DNA of 64,000 nt, from the NCBI GenBank assembly GCA_964388155.1, contig CAYLYH010000007.1, positions 5,679 through 69,678 on the forward strand, written 5' to 3'. Origin of the DNA: an uncultured bacterium. Its GTDB lineage: Bacteria; Fidelibacterota; Marinisomatia; Marinisomatales; JACNKV01. The notes beneath the pieces are model-generated. The model was not told where the DNA came from, searched no databases, and saw nothing but the letters and a program-made list of their open reading frames with translations. This document shows positions 28,895-37,798 of this stretch, one piece after another. Each line of letters opens with the position of its first letter. The first letter of the stretch is position 1. A program made the position numbers and the translations under genes.

Positions 28895-29914
28895 TTAAAA
28901 TTGGTGAGGTTTATGTGGACCTAACGCCCAAATAATTTGCCCCTTAACACCGAAATGAGTTTCTTCATCGCCATGCTGTTCTTGCGAAACAACAAGCCTA
29001 AATACAGATGATTCCTCCGCAGGACTGAAACCGGCAAACGCACCATACGATTTAAAAGAGTCTTCATCAATGTCAGAGGAAAAATCAGCAACAACGCCAA
29101 CGTTCCATTGTTTATTGAATTGGTAATTCATCCAGGTATATCCGGCTATTTTGTATTTGTTTTCTGGGTTTTCAATCGGACTTTTTCTGAAGACCTCTCC
29201 CTGCCACGTAAAAGATCGGTACGTGTTCGGTCTCCACTTAAATTTGAAATCCAGTTCAAAAACCTGATGTAAATGCGGTAGTTCATGGTTTTCGATATCA
29301 CGATAATAGCCACTGCCGATTTCCAAATGGGTTACATCATTCAAATCCACAAAATGAGAAAGGCGGGCAGACATTGCCGTCGTCTTTTCGGTGTCCCCGT
29401 TGTGGGTAAGTTCTTCAACTTCTTCCTCCCCATGATCGCAACTCTCTCCCATCGCTTTGGTAAAATATCCGACGGAAAGTTTAGCATACCACGGTAACGG
29501 CAACAGCCAGTTTGGTTCTACTCCAAACGTTCCCCACATTTCATCGCCCAGCAAGTTTTTCATGGATGTTGGTGCATCAATGAAAAATAAAGTATGAGCA
29601 TGTTCTTTATTGATCTTGCCGATGTCAGGGCGAAACTTTCCTGTTCTTAGGCCCATGTTGAAGGGTAACCCGCGCTCGAAGGAAATCACGGCTTCTTCAA
29701 GATGGATGGCATTGTGGTCCGCATGTTTGTGCAGAAACACATCCGCTCTGGCAAACGGATTCACATATCCCTGGACGGCAACTTCCACTCCGGATGACGA
29801 GATGTTGCCCTCTTGGTCTGTTATCAAATCCCCGATAACGCTGATATCGGGATTTACCGTCGTTTGGGAAAACGCGACGGTAAACAATAGCGTAAGTAAA
29901 ATTGGTTTTTTCAC
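28895..29914 (-). CDS. putative outer-membrane beta-barrel protein with His/acidic loop, linked to the Znu genes
   Basis: The GTG at 29914 is preceded by AAGGAG. There is a signal peptide (KKPILLTLLFTVAFSQ), a CDHGEEEVEELTHNGD loop, many His residues and a C-terminal ALGPHKPHQF. Confidence 0.5.
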   Translation of the reverse strand: MKKPILLTLLFTVAFSQTTVNPDISVIGDLITDQEGNISSSGVEVAVQGYVNPFARADVFLHKHADHNAIHLEEAVISFERGLPFNMGLRTGKFRPDIGKINKEHAHTLFFIDAPTSMKNLLGDEMWGTFGVEPNWLLPLPWYAKLSVGYFTKAMGESCDHGEEEVEELTHNGDTEKTTAMSARLSHFVDLNDVTHLEIGSGYYRDIENHELPHLHQVFELDFKFKWRPNTYRSFTWQGEVFRKSPIENPENKYKIAGYTWMNYQFNKQWNVGVVADFSSDIDEDSFKSYGAFAGFSPAEESSVFRLVVSQEQHGDEETHFGVKGQIIWALGPHKPHQF

Positions 29915-29971
29915 AAAAAACTCCTTTTCAGTTATGATAAACAATCCTGCCAAGCAGGATGAAACAATGAA

Positions 29972-30307
29972 TTAAAGGAGGTCTTGCGGCGGGGAGCGGG
30001 AATTCCTGTCTGGGATTAATACGGATGTATACTCTTCCGTTTCAAAATAAAACTTAGCTATAACAAAGTTTAGTGTAAAAGTTTCTGTGTCTTGACTTTC
30101 ACCAACGGTGGATATCTGAGCAACTGCCCAAATACAATCCATACGATCATGGTGGTGGCTGTCGTCCTTGCATTCCACAGAACAGAAACTAACACCGGGT
30201 TTGGCGCCCAGATGATGCACATGCCCCAAATGACTTGTGCTGATGATGGAAAAAGCACTGAACCAAATGGTTAATAGGAATGAAAGTCCGGAACGAATAA
30301 ACTTCAT
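29972..30307 (-). CDS. small secreted His/Cys-rich protein (putative metal binding)
   Basis: A signal peptide is followed by HLGHVHHLG, CSVECKDDSHHHDRMDC. Confidence 0.45.
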   Translation of the reverse strand: MKFIRSGLSFLLTIWFSAFSIISTSHLGHVHHLGAKPGVSFCSVECKDDSHHHDRMDCIWAVAQISTVGESQDTETFTLNFVIAKFYFETEEYTSVLIPDRNSRSPPQDLL

Positions 30308-30321
30308 TTCATTTTGGCGAA

Positions 30322-30687
30322 CTACTCGCCCAGCTCTTTCAATAATTTAAATGTAAAAATTCCGGCATCATGCCGATCTTTCCATGACGGTTTAAGTCCG
30401 TATCGCCCGACATCTTCAATTTGGTTTAGCGTGTAGCTTTTATCTGTTTTTAGTTGAGGAATGCCTTTGTACACAGTTCCAAACACATCGGTTTCACCAC
30501 TGCAGTTTGCGCAAGGACATTCATCCCGCAGTTTTTTCAACGGAATAAAACTTTCCTTACCGCCATCCCACTTTATCAGTAAAATATTGTTGACGATCTC
30601 ATAGTCCATAATTTGTATTTTTAAATCAGCGCTCATCAGTGTTTGATTCCGTTCATAACAACCTGTAAATTTGCAGGTATTTTTCAA
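30322..30687 (-). CDS. DUF971 domain protein
   Basis: LLIKWDGGKESFIPLKKLRDECPCANCSGE...Y.L...W.D.HD.GIFTF matches the DUF971 pattern. The likely start is the ATG at 30636 (MSADLK). Confidence 0.7.
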   Translation of the reverse strand: MKNTCKFTGCYERNQTLMSADLKIQIMDYEIVNNILLIKWDGGKESFIPLKKLRDECPCANCSGETDVFGTVYKGIPQLKTDKSYTLNQIEDVGRYGLKPSWKDRHDAGIFTFKLLKELGE

Positions 30688-30854
30688 TGCATTGCAAACG
30701 GATTAGGTGCTTAACTTCCTTATCGATTCTTACATTGATACAAACAGATTATTTTGAGCGATTGGCTTCCACCTTCATTCCGACTAATCGGAATTACGGC
30801 GGACAGGCAGCTGGTAAAATCAGCTTCGCACATAAAAAATGTTTCTTTAAAATT

Positions 30855-30928
30855 GGGCGATTAGCTCAGCTGGTTAGAGCGCTACGTTCACATCGTAGAA
30901 GTCGGGGGTTCGAATCCCTCATCGCCCA
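30855..30928 (+). tRNA. tRNA-Val (anticodon CAC)
   Basis: GGGCGAT-TA-GCTC-AGCTGGTTA-GAGC-G-CTACG-TTCACAT-CGTAG-AAGTC-GGGGG-TTCGAAT-CCCTC-ATCGCCC-A gives a 74-nt cloverleaf. CCA is not encoded. Confidence 0.9.
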
Positions 30929-30975
30929 CACTCAAAACGGATTGAGCCCGTTCATCATTGATACACCACGATTTT

Positions 30976-32355
30976 TTACTCCACCGGATTTAAATTCTCA
31001 TCCAGCTGATTTGATAGACGGTAGCGGACGATCCTCCTCATGGGCGTATCAACAACATAAACGATTCCCCTATTATCCACCGTAACCGCCCGAGGCTCTT
31101 CCAAAAGTCCTTTAACTTCTCGTGTATAAAATGTATCCACCGTTGTGGTATCTGTTCCACTGATAACGGTCATTGTCGTATCAACAATAATGTCTTGTAC
31201 CCCGACTTTACGAAAGAATTGTCCACCGGAATCAAATACCTGAATTTCTTGAGCATCCGTATTCGCAACATAAATCATTTGGTTGGCATCTACCGCAACA
31301 TCTTGCGGATGATTATACCGATCTAAATCCATAATATTATTGACACCCGGCTGAAAAACAGACGGATATTGTCCATTGTCCGGTTTGAGTTTATGCACCC
31401 CAAAAAACTCACCTGATTGCGTATAATATATTTGTCCGGCATAATCTACATCAATTCCTGTAGGTTGGTTTACTGTTCCTGCACCCGTTCCATAATCTTC
31501 GACAATATGATCAAAAACCCCATCATGCACCCATATTTCTTCACCCGTATTTAATCGTATCCTGTCAGTTCGCAGCCATCGAATTCGAAGGATGCGATTA
31601 TGATATTTATCCGTTACGTAAAATCCGTCTGCAGGTCCCTCAATAACCGATAAACCTGAAAACTCAGATTCTTCGCTCGCATAGTAAACATCTGAATAAT
31701 TATAGCGGGCAAGTGCTCCGTCATAAATCAGATGCAACGCCAATAAGGAATCTATTTGAAGCCCTGAAGAATCCCATACTGTTTCTGTCAAGCTCCAACT
31801 TGACCCATTCGCAAATTGACGCCAAGTCTCTGTATTCTGTTCCACGCTAGAATCGCCATACGCTTCATTAAAAAAGACGCCTGAAAGAGCAATCGCTTGA
31901 ATTCCGACATGGTTCCACAACTGATTCCAGCAAAATATTTGCTGTGACCCATCAATAAAAAGCACATTCATCTTATTGTCAATGTCCACATCAATGGGAG
32001 CGATATATGTTTCATTATACGTCAACTCTCTCAGCGATGAAAATCCATCGGGGATATCTCCATCTTGTTCAAGGACAAAAATACTATGACCGGCTGAGTC
32101 TGCAATAAAAACATATCCATCCTGCCCAATGGAAATCCCCACCGGAGACTGAAATCCGTATTCTTCCCCCCAAACCGGATTCACTCGTAAATAGGTGGTA
32201 TCTCCTGCAGAAAAACCGATATCAGAGCCCAGTCCCGAGGGCAATGCCATTTTATCAATACACGCAGCAAAAACAATTATTGCTCCGACACAGATTAATC
32301 CGAACCGACGTAGAAACAACATTAAATTAAACTGTTTAACACTTACTTTTTTCAT
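30976..32355 (-). CDS. NHL-repeat / six-bladed beta-propeller lipoprotein
   Basis: It has a lipobox (VFAAC) and repeated blades of the form P.G[IV].VD..G.IYV.D..n.RI. Its start overlaps the stop of the upstream gene by 4 nt. Confidence 0.7.
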   Translation of the reverse strand: MKKVSVKQFNLMLFLRRFGLICVGAIIVFAACIDKMALPSGLGSDIGFSAGDTTYLRVNPVWGEEYGFQSPVGISIGQDGYVFIADSAGHSIFVLEQDGDIPDGFSSLRELTYNETYIAPIDVDIDNKMNVLFIDGSQQIFCWNQLWNHVGIQAIALSGVFFNEAYGDSSVEQNTETWRQFANGSSWSLTETVWDSSGLQIDSLLALHLIYDGALARYNYSDVYYASEESEFSGLSVIEGPADGFYVTDKYHNRILRIRWLRTDRIRLNTGEEIWVHDGVFDHIVEDYGTGAGTVNQPTGIDVDYAGQIYYTQSGEFFGVHKLKPDNGQYPSVFQPGVNNIMDLDRYNHPQDVAVDANQMIYVANTDAQEIQVFDSGGQFFRKVGVQDIIVDTTMTVISGTDTTTVDTFYTREVKGLLEEPRAVTVDNRGIVYVVDTPMRRIVRYRLSNQLDENLNPVE

Positions 32356-33371
32356 TTCATTGATAATCCAATTGTGAATCTATTTGGATCTGTTAAGTGA
32401 ATAAAATTTGTATAGGCATAATCAACGGTTAGATTGAACAGCCCCAATGGAATATTCAATCCGACTCCAAAAGAATATTTCTTTTCAAACTCGTCTGATT
32501 CATTCAGATTAAATCCACCCCGTAAAAAAATCATGTCAATAACCGAATATTCAATTCCTGCCGATATATTTTCAGCATTGTCCACAGGGTGATTCAACTG
32601 AATCGTCGCTGTTATAGTTTGCACCTTTGTCTCAAAAACATTCATAGCAACACCAACACGAAATACTGTCGGAGGAGAAAATGGCTCAAATTCTGTTTCA
32701 ATAATACTCTCTTCCCCTGTATCCGGGTTCAACGTTCTTTTTTCATAAGTTCCGTCGGGCTTGGCTTGCCCACCAAAATGTGATAGTGATGCTGAAAATC
32801 GCAAGGACTTAAAACCCGTCCAATAAAATGTTCCCATATCCAATAACGCTACCTGCATTATGTTGCCGGCAAGGTTCTCACTGACTAACTTCCCCGTAAT
32901 ACCAAAGCTAAATCTGTCTGTCATTTTCACTCCATAGACTAACCCGATAACGGTATTTTGAAATACAAAATATTTGCCGGTTCCATGAGGAAGATATTCT
33001 GTGGTCTCCTGCATGGGTGCCATGTGAAGAATTCCGGCAGTAACACCAAGATAATGGCGCTGGTACACCTTTTTAGACACCGCAAAGAAATCATAATAAA
33101 TGTCCGCCGGCCACCTGACATGAGATGCTGTCATTTCCATTGGGCCAAGTTGAGCAATTATTCCAGGATTATAATACATAGATGCCGCATTCTGCTCTAA
33201 CGCCACAACAGATTCTCCCATACCGACCGCACTCGCACTCACACCAATATTCAAAAATGTAAGCACAGACGTACCTGCACGCTGTCCTCCTAACACCGGA
33301 AAGATGTTCTGTCCCCCAACTTCAGATAAAAGACTGAGGATACTCATGATGATTAACATCCGAATATTCAT
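32352..33371 (-). CDS. PorV/PorQ-like outer-membrane beta-barrel (T9SS-associated family)
   Basis: After a signal peptide comes AGTSVLTFLNIGVSASAVGMGESVVALEQNAASMYYNPGIIAQL, which matches the PorV/PorQ N-terminal signature (FL.I..sAR..gMG...va...da.s...NPA). The start shares 1 nt with the TBDR stop. Confidence 0.7.
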   Translation of the reverse strand: MNIRMLIIMSILSLLSEVGGQNIFPVLGGQRAGTSVLTFLNIGVSASAVGMGESVVALEQNAASMYYNPGIIAQLGPMEMTASHVRWPADIYYDFFAVSKKVYQRHYLGVTAGILHMAPMQETTEYLPHGTGKYFVFQNTVIGLVYGVKMTDRFSFGITGKLVSENLAGNIMQVALLDMGTFYWTGFKSLRFSASLSHFGGQAKPDGTYEKRTLNPDTGEESIIETEFEPFSPPTVFRVGVAMNVFETKVQTITATIQLNHPVDNAENISAGIEYSVIDMIFLRGGFNLNESDEFEKKYSFGVGLNIPLGLFNLTVDYAYTNFIHLTDPNRFTIGLSMK

Positions 33372-36193
33372 CAGAAATACACCTGGACACCTAATTCAGC
33401 CGTAAATGGTTTTCCTGTTCGAGATGGGTCATAGTTTGGATTTGGAGCATCTATCATAGAATACGGGATAATTTCTCCGGGATCATATCCGCGCCCCGTG
33501 AACGAGTTAATCCGTCTGGGGACGTTTTCATTGAATATATTTTCAAACTCAATAAATATTTTCATTTTTATTTGACTAAAATGAAACGTCTTGAAACATT
33601 TTATATCAACCATGGAATATCCTTTGATATTGTCCAACCCCAACATCTGAAAAAGTTTTGGTGAATACTCACTAAAATAGTCATAAGGATTATCATTTTC
33701 ATACGTTCCGATATAATATGTTTCACCATTGATTTCAATCAATCCATCTGGATATTCATGTGTCCCCGGAATAGAGCGGGTATAACGTCGATTCGAGGCA
33801 AATTCAAATCGTGAAGACACTCCCCATCCTGAGGTGTGGTTATAATACAAATTACTAGAGAATTGGAAAGGTTTATCCCATCTCATAAAATTTTCACCCA
33901 AAGGTTTTTCATGTAACTCACCGGACTGAACCAAAAGATTATCCAAAACAGATGAACTTTTCCCGGTTACAATGGAATAATTAAAATTCAAATCGGCGTA
34001 CCAGTGTTTGAATAGACGGCTTTTTAAAATAACCTCTATCCCGCGTGCGCGTGCATAGTCTGCATTGAAGTACATATTAAATTTTAAATGAGAGTATTTC
34101 GGATTTGAAGGCGTTATCGTCTGAGAAGTCTCATAGTCAAACATGTCTTTCCAATAAGCTTTAACCTCCAGAACCTGATCGGGATTGAAGCGATGTTTTA
34201 CACCCAACTCGTATTGCACCGTGGTTTTGGGATTAAGGTTCGGATTCCCGAAAATTTGGTATGTCGATTGTGCTCTGGAATTTAATTTCGCATACACATA
34301 CTGAAATGTTGGCAACTGAGAAAAATGCCCATAATAAAAATACAGCACATCGTTATCTGTTACAGGATGAGAAATTCCGATTCTGGGGCTAAGCCTGCCT
34401 TTTCCTCTGTAACCGAACATATTAAATGTTTCATCTATAAATTTATCTCTTGCGACATCGGTAATAATGACTGCATTTGTATCGTTAATTGCATTTTCGA
34501 CATACTTACCGGGGAACCAATAATCATATCTCAGACCAAGGTTTGCCGTCATCCCCTCAAACGTGATTTGATCTTGTAGATACATCGCTCCAAAAACTGT
34601 CCGCGCAGAATAGATATCATAATTCGCTCCTAATCCGGTTCCTCCGTTCCAAGGTTCATCTATATCAAGAACCTGAATATCCGTAACCGTGTTTTCGACT
34701 CCGGTTTTGATTTTATGACGAGTCGCCGTATGATACGTCCAGTCCCAGTCAAAACGATAATTATCACTCACAACGTCATACCATTCCGGAGCAAATCCCG
34801 TGTCATAAAACTCATCTCCGTAGGTAATTCGTGTGTGACCGTCGTCATCATAAACAATGTAATGAGTCGGATCCAGATCCAACCGCTCTCTATACTCTGT
34901 CCAATGCAGATCCTGCACAGCACTGTGTTCCATGGTTAAGAAGCGTCCAAGGGTCATTTCATAAAACGAACGGGTGTTGAGTGTGTGAACCCAATGGAAG
35001 TTCAACAACCGGGTTTCCCGGGTAATGGTGTTGTAATTATCCAATATTTTTTCATAACTATATGGATAATATGTGGATGAAAAAGCTCGGGACATAAAAT
35101 ATCCCTGATTAATATTGAACGAAAGATCATAAGATAAACTGAGTTTCTTTTTTTTTGCAATGTCCCATGTTAATTTATAAAGAAAATGCCAATCATTATT
35201 TTCTCTGGGAGCAAGGGATTGCATGATCTGATCGGCTGCCCTGTCCGTCATGCCCGGTAGTGTTGACCAATTTCTGTGTGGATATAATTGTGTAGCGACA
35301 GGGAGATGACTGTCGAAACTTTTTCCGTAACCATTCAAAAACACGGAAAATGAACCGGGGAGATCTATCCCGAATTTCTTCAACAGAACTTCTGCTACAG
35401 GAGCAGGTCCACCGAGGGTAAATTCAAGTCGATCAGACATATCCAATGCATTGATCTGTTTAGACAGCCCCCAATGATCACTCATATATTTTATTGTTCC
35501 TTCAAAATGATCCATGCCGCGCTTAAGTTTGATATTGACAACCCCGGACATAGCTTGCCCATACTCAGCATTATATCCTCCGGTAATTATTTCCAGATTC
35601 TCTATGGCATCCGCATTCACAAATAAATTTCCTGAATACCCAGACAGCGGATCTTTGATCGACAATCCGTCCACAATAAATAAACTTTCATCAATCCTGC
35701 CGCCACGAATGTGGATTTCATTATCCTGCTTAGTAACCCCCACTTGTTCTGCCAAGATATCTTCCACACTTGATACGGATTTATTACTGATTTCGTCGCT
35801 GGTAATTCTGGAAATCGAAGAAGTTTCATTTGCATCAAACAATGGTTTATCCCCAATAACAACAACTTCTTCGCCAATCGTCAGTACCGTTTCTTCCATT
35901 GTGAAAGCCAAAGATGTCGTCGTTCCGGGGGTAACACGAATACCTGTTTGCAGAAGAACTTTATAACCCATCATGGTTGCTTCAACGTCATACGTTCCGG
36001 GATTTACATTCTCGATTCGATAATGTCCATCCAATCCGGTAGCTGCACCATAGTATGTCCCGCGAATCATAACATTAACACCAATCAGCGGTTCTCCCGT
36101 CTTGCCATTGATTGTATTTCCTGCGATTCGTCCTTTTTCCTGTCCAAAGACAAGGCACGGCAAGAGGAATATAGCGACAAGGTTTAATTTCAT
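33371..36193 (-). CDS. TonB-dependent receptor with CarboxypepD_reg-like domain
   Basis: Contains GRIAGNTINGKTGEPLIGVNVMIRGTYYGAATGLDGHYRIENVNPGTYDVEATMMGYK, a plug (IHIRGGRIDESLFIVDGL) and a barrel ending in LGVQVYF. The start overlaps the upstream stop (ATGA). Confidence 0.9.
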   Translation of the reverse strand: MKLNLVAIFLLPCLVFGQEKGRIAGNTINGKTGEPLIGVNVMIRGTYYGAATGLDGHYRIENVNPGTYDVEATMMGYKVLLQTGIRVTPGTTTSLAFTMEETVLTIGEEVVVIGDKPLFDANETSSISRITSDEISNKSVSSVEDILAEQVGVTKQDNEIHIRGGRIDESLFIVDGLSIKDPLSGYSGNLFVNADAIENLEIITGGYNAEYGQAMSGVVNIKLKRGMDHFEGTIKYMSDHWGLSKQINALDMSDRLEFTLGGPAPVAEVLLKKFGIDLPGSFSVFLNGYGKSFDSHLPVATQLYPHRNWSTLPGMTDRAADQIMQSLAPRENNDWHFLYKLTWDIAKKKKLSLSYDLSFNINQGYFMSRAFSSTYYPYSYEKILDNYNTITRETRLLNFHWVHTLNTRSFYEMTLGRFLTMEHSAVQDLHWTEYRERLDLDPTHYIVYDDDGHTRITYGDEFYDTGFAPEWYDVVSDNYRFDWDWTYHTATRHKIKTGVENTVTDIQVLDIDEPWNGGTGLGANYDIYSARTVFGAMYLQDQITFEGMTANLGLRYDYWFPGKYVENAINDTNAVIITDVARDKFIDETFNMFGYRGKGRLSPRIGISHPVTDNDVLYFYYGHFSQLPTFQYVYAKLNSRAQSTYQIFGNPNLNPKTTVQYELGVKHRFNPDQVLEVKAYWKDMFDYETSQTITPSNPKYSHLKFNMYFNADYARARGIEVILKSRLFKHWYADLNFNYSIVTGKSSSVLDNLLVQSGELHEKPLGENFMRWDKPFQFSSNLYYNHTSGWGVSSRFEFASNRRYTRSIPGTHEYPDGLIEINGETYYIGTYENDNPYDYFSEYSPKLFQMLGLDNIKGYSMVDIKCFKTFHFSQIKMKIFIEFENIFNENVPRRINSFTGRGYDPGEIIPYSMIDAPNPNYDPSRTGKPFTAELGVQVYF

Positions 36194-37773
36194 TCTGAAA
36201 ACACGCCGTTTAAAAGATAATCAATAAATTTTGAAGCAGAACCATTCCCTTCTAAAAGAGGTGTGTTCCCATTATGCAGCGGAATTGTTAACAAGACGAT
36301 ATCACCGGACATTTCTGAAGATGAAAGCCATTGAAACTGGCCACGGCTGCAAACATTGGGGGTTCCTGTCCACGTGTCTATACTTCCTTCCGGTTCTTGC
36401 AGCCAATATAAATCCTCTGCTGTAAAACGCATGGAATTATCGATGGTGTCCCCATTCGCCGGCTCAAACCCTTTTACGCGAATTGCAATTAGCCGTGAGG
36501 TTTCTAAGTCCATGTCCTCATACATATCGGTCGAATCTTGAAACATCAATGTTCGCCCGGAGATTAACCGTCCGTTTGTATTCAGGACAAAGGTTGAATC
36601 CAAAGGGAAAAACGGATAGGTAGTGTCCTTTAGTTCTATTGCATTTAAAAATAGGTTTCCGCCGGCTAAAACATAATTTAAAATATGTGCACCGGCATTT
36701 GGGAATGTTTCAATTCCTGTATATGCCGTAAACCAAATCACATGATTAAAATAGTTTAAATTTGCAGAAATATCGACAGAGGAATACGGAAGCTTATCCC
36801 CAATTTCCCAAACAGAACATTGGTTTTCACCCAAAATATCATCCACCACTCCCTTATACCAATTCAAAGCATTGTTTTGGCTGTCTTGTGTAAAGTCATC
36901 CACGATCAAGACCTCTCCGTTTACAGGCATCACTCTCCAATAATTCGGTTCGTTCTCATTTAAAATATCTGGGAACCGGGCAATGTCGCTCTCTGCTCCG
37001 GCTATATCTCTGGCTTTAATATAAAATGTATGAAAACCCGGATCTATATCTGTTAACGTAATACTGGAATACGACGCAGCCTCTAACTGTGTCCAATTTG
37101 AATCACTTGTGTCATCCAACGCATAAAATAAATCGATGATGGTTTCTACTCCGTCCAAATCTTGAATATCCCAAACGAACGTACGCGTCGGGAATGTAAA
37201 ACTAGTGTCAGTCGGGATATCTGCAAGCAAGGGATTGCTTTGATACCGAAACTCAATTAGTGGCGACGAGTTGTGGATGGGCAACACAATTTTTGCCGGA
37301 GTAACATCTATTAAGCTGTCACTGTCAACAGCTCTGACTTCAAATGTAAACACATCTATTTCTTTACGAATGGGCACAAAAAAGATTCCGGATTCTTCAG
37401 ATGTAAACGTCCAAACCGAATCCACATTCCAGCGATACCAATACCCAATGATATCTCCGTCACTATCCTCACCCCACCAGCTTAACGTTTGTTTACTGGT
37501 TGTTACCGTTGAAAAGGCATGGGTCAGCGTATCCAGTACGATATCGTTTCCCGGCACGTTCTCAAGATAATAAATCCATTCACCGGTTACGGAATCTTGC
37601 GAGGCGTAAATTGTATCCGTTGCAACCAAAGAAAGAAATGTCTCCGGTGCTTGGTTTTCCACCGGCATAGATGGATCGTCGTAATCCCACAATGAGCAGG
37701 ACACAATGAATAGTATGGCTAAAATAAATATGTATTTTCGGGTAAACATAGATAAGCATATTGCGGGGGACAA
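36190..37773 (-). CDS. hypothetical lipoprotein
   Basis: It has a lipobox (FIVSC). The N-terminal half looks like two Ig-like modules (WWGEDSDGDIIGYWYRW...; FVWDIQDLDG...FHTFYIKARD). The C-terminal half is unassigned. The alternative ATG at 37749 is equally plausible. Confidence 0.55.
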   Translation of the reverse strand: MSPAICLSMFTRKYIFILAILFIVSCSLWDYDDPSMPVENQAPETFLSLVATDTIYASQDSVTGEWIYYLENVPGNDIVLDTLTHAFSTVTTSKQTLSWWGEDSDGDIIGYWYRWNVDSVWTFTSEESGIFFVPIRKEIDVFTFEVRAVDSDSLIDVTPAKIVLPIHNSSPLIEFRYQSNPLLADIPTDTSFTFPTRTFVWDIQDLDGVETIIDLFYALDDTSDSNWTQLEAASYSSITLTDIDPGFHTFYIKARDIAGAESDIARFPDILNENEPNYWRVMPVNGEVLIVDDFTQDSQNNALNWYKGVVDDILGENQCSVWEIGDKLPYSSVDISANLNYFNHVIWFTAYTGIETFPNAGAHILNYVLAGGNLFLNAIELKDTTYPFFPLDSTFVLNTNGRLISGRTLMFQDSTDMYEDMDLETSRLIAIRVKGFEPANGDTIDNSMRFTAEDLYWLQEPEGSIDTWTGTPNVCSRGQFQWLSSSEMSGDIVLLTIPLHNGNTPLLEGNGSASKFIDYLLNGVFSE

Positions 37774-37798
37774 AACGCCCCCCGCATTTTATCGACTC

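Noticed and set aside
30687-31085. 132-aa plus-strand ORF in the track
   Set aside because: It reads straight through tRNA-Val (30855-30928) and the 3' end of the NHL gene on the other strand. The translation (..IGRLAQLVRALRSHRRSRGFESLIAH..) is just the tRNA read as protein.
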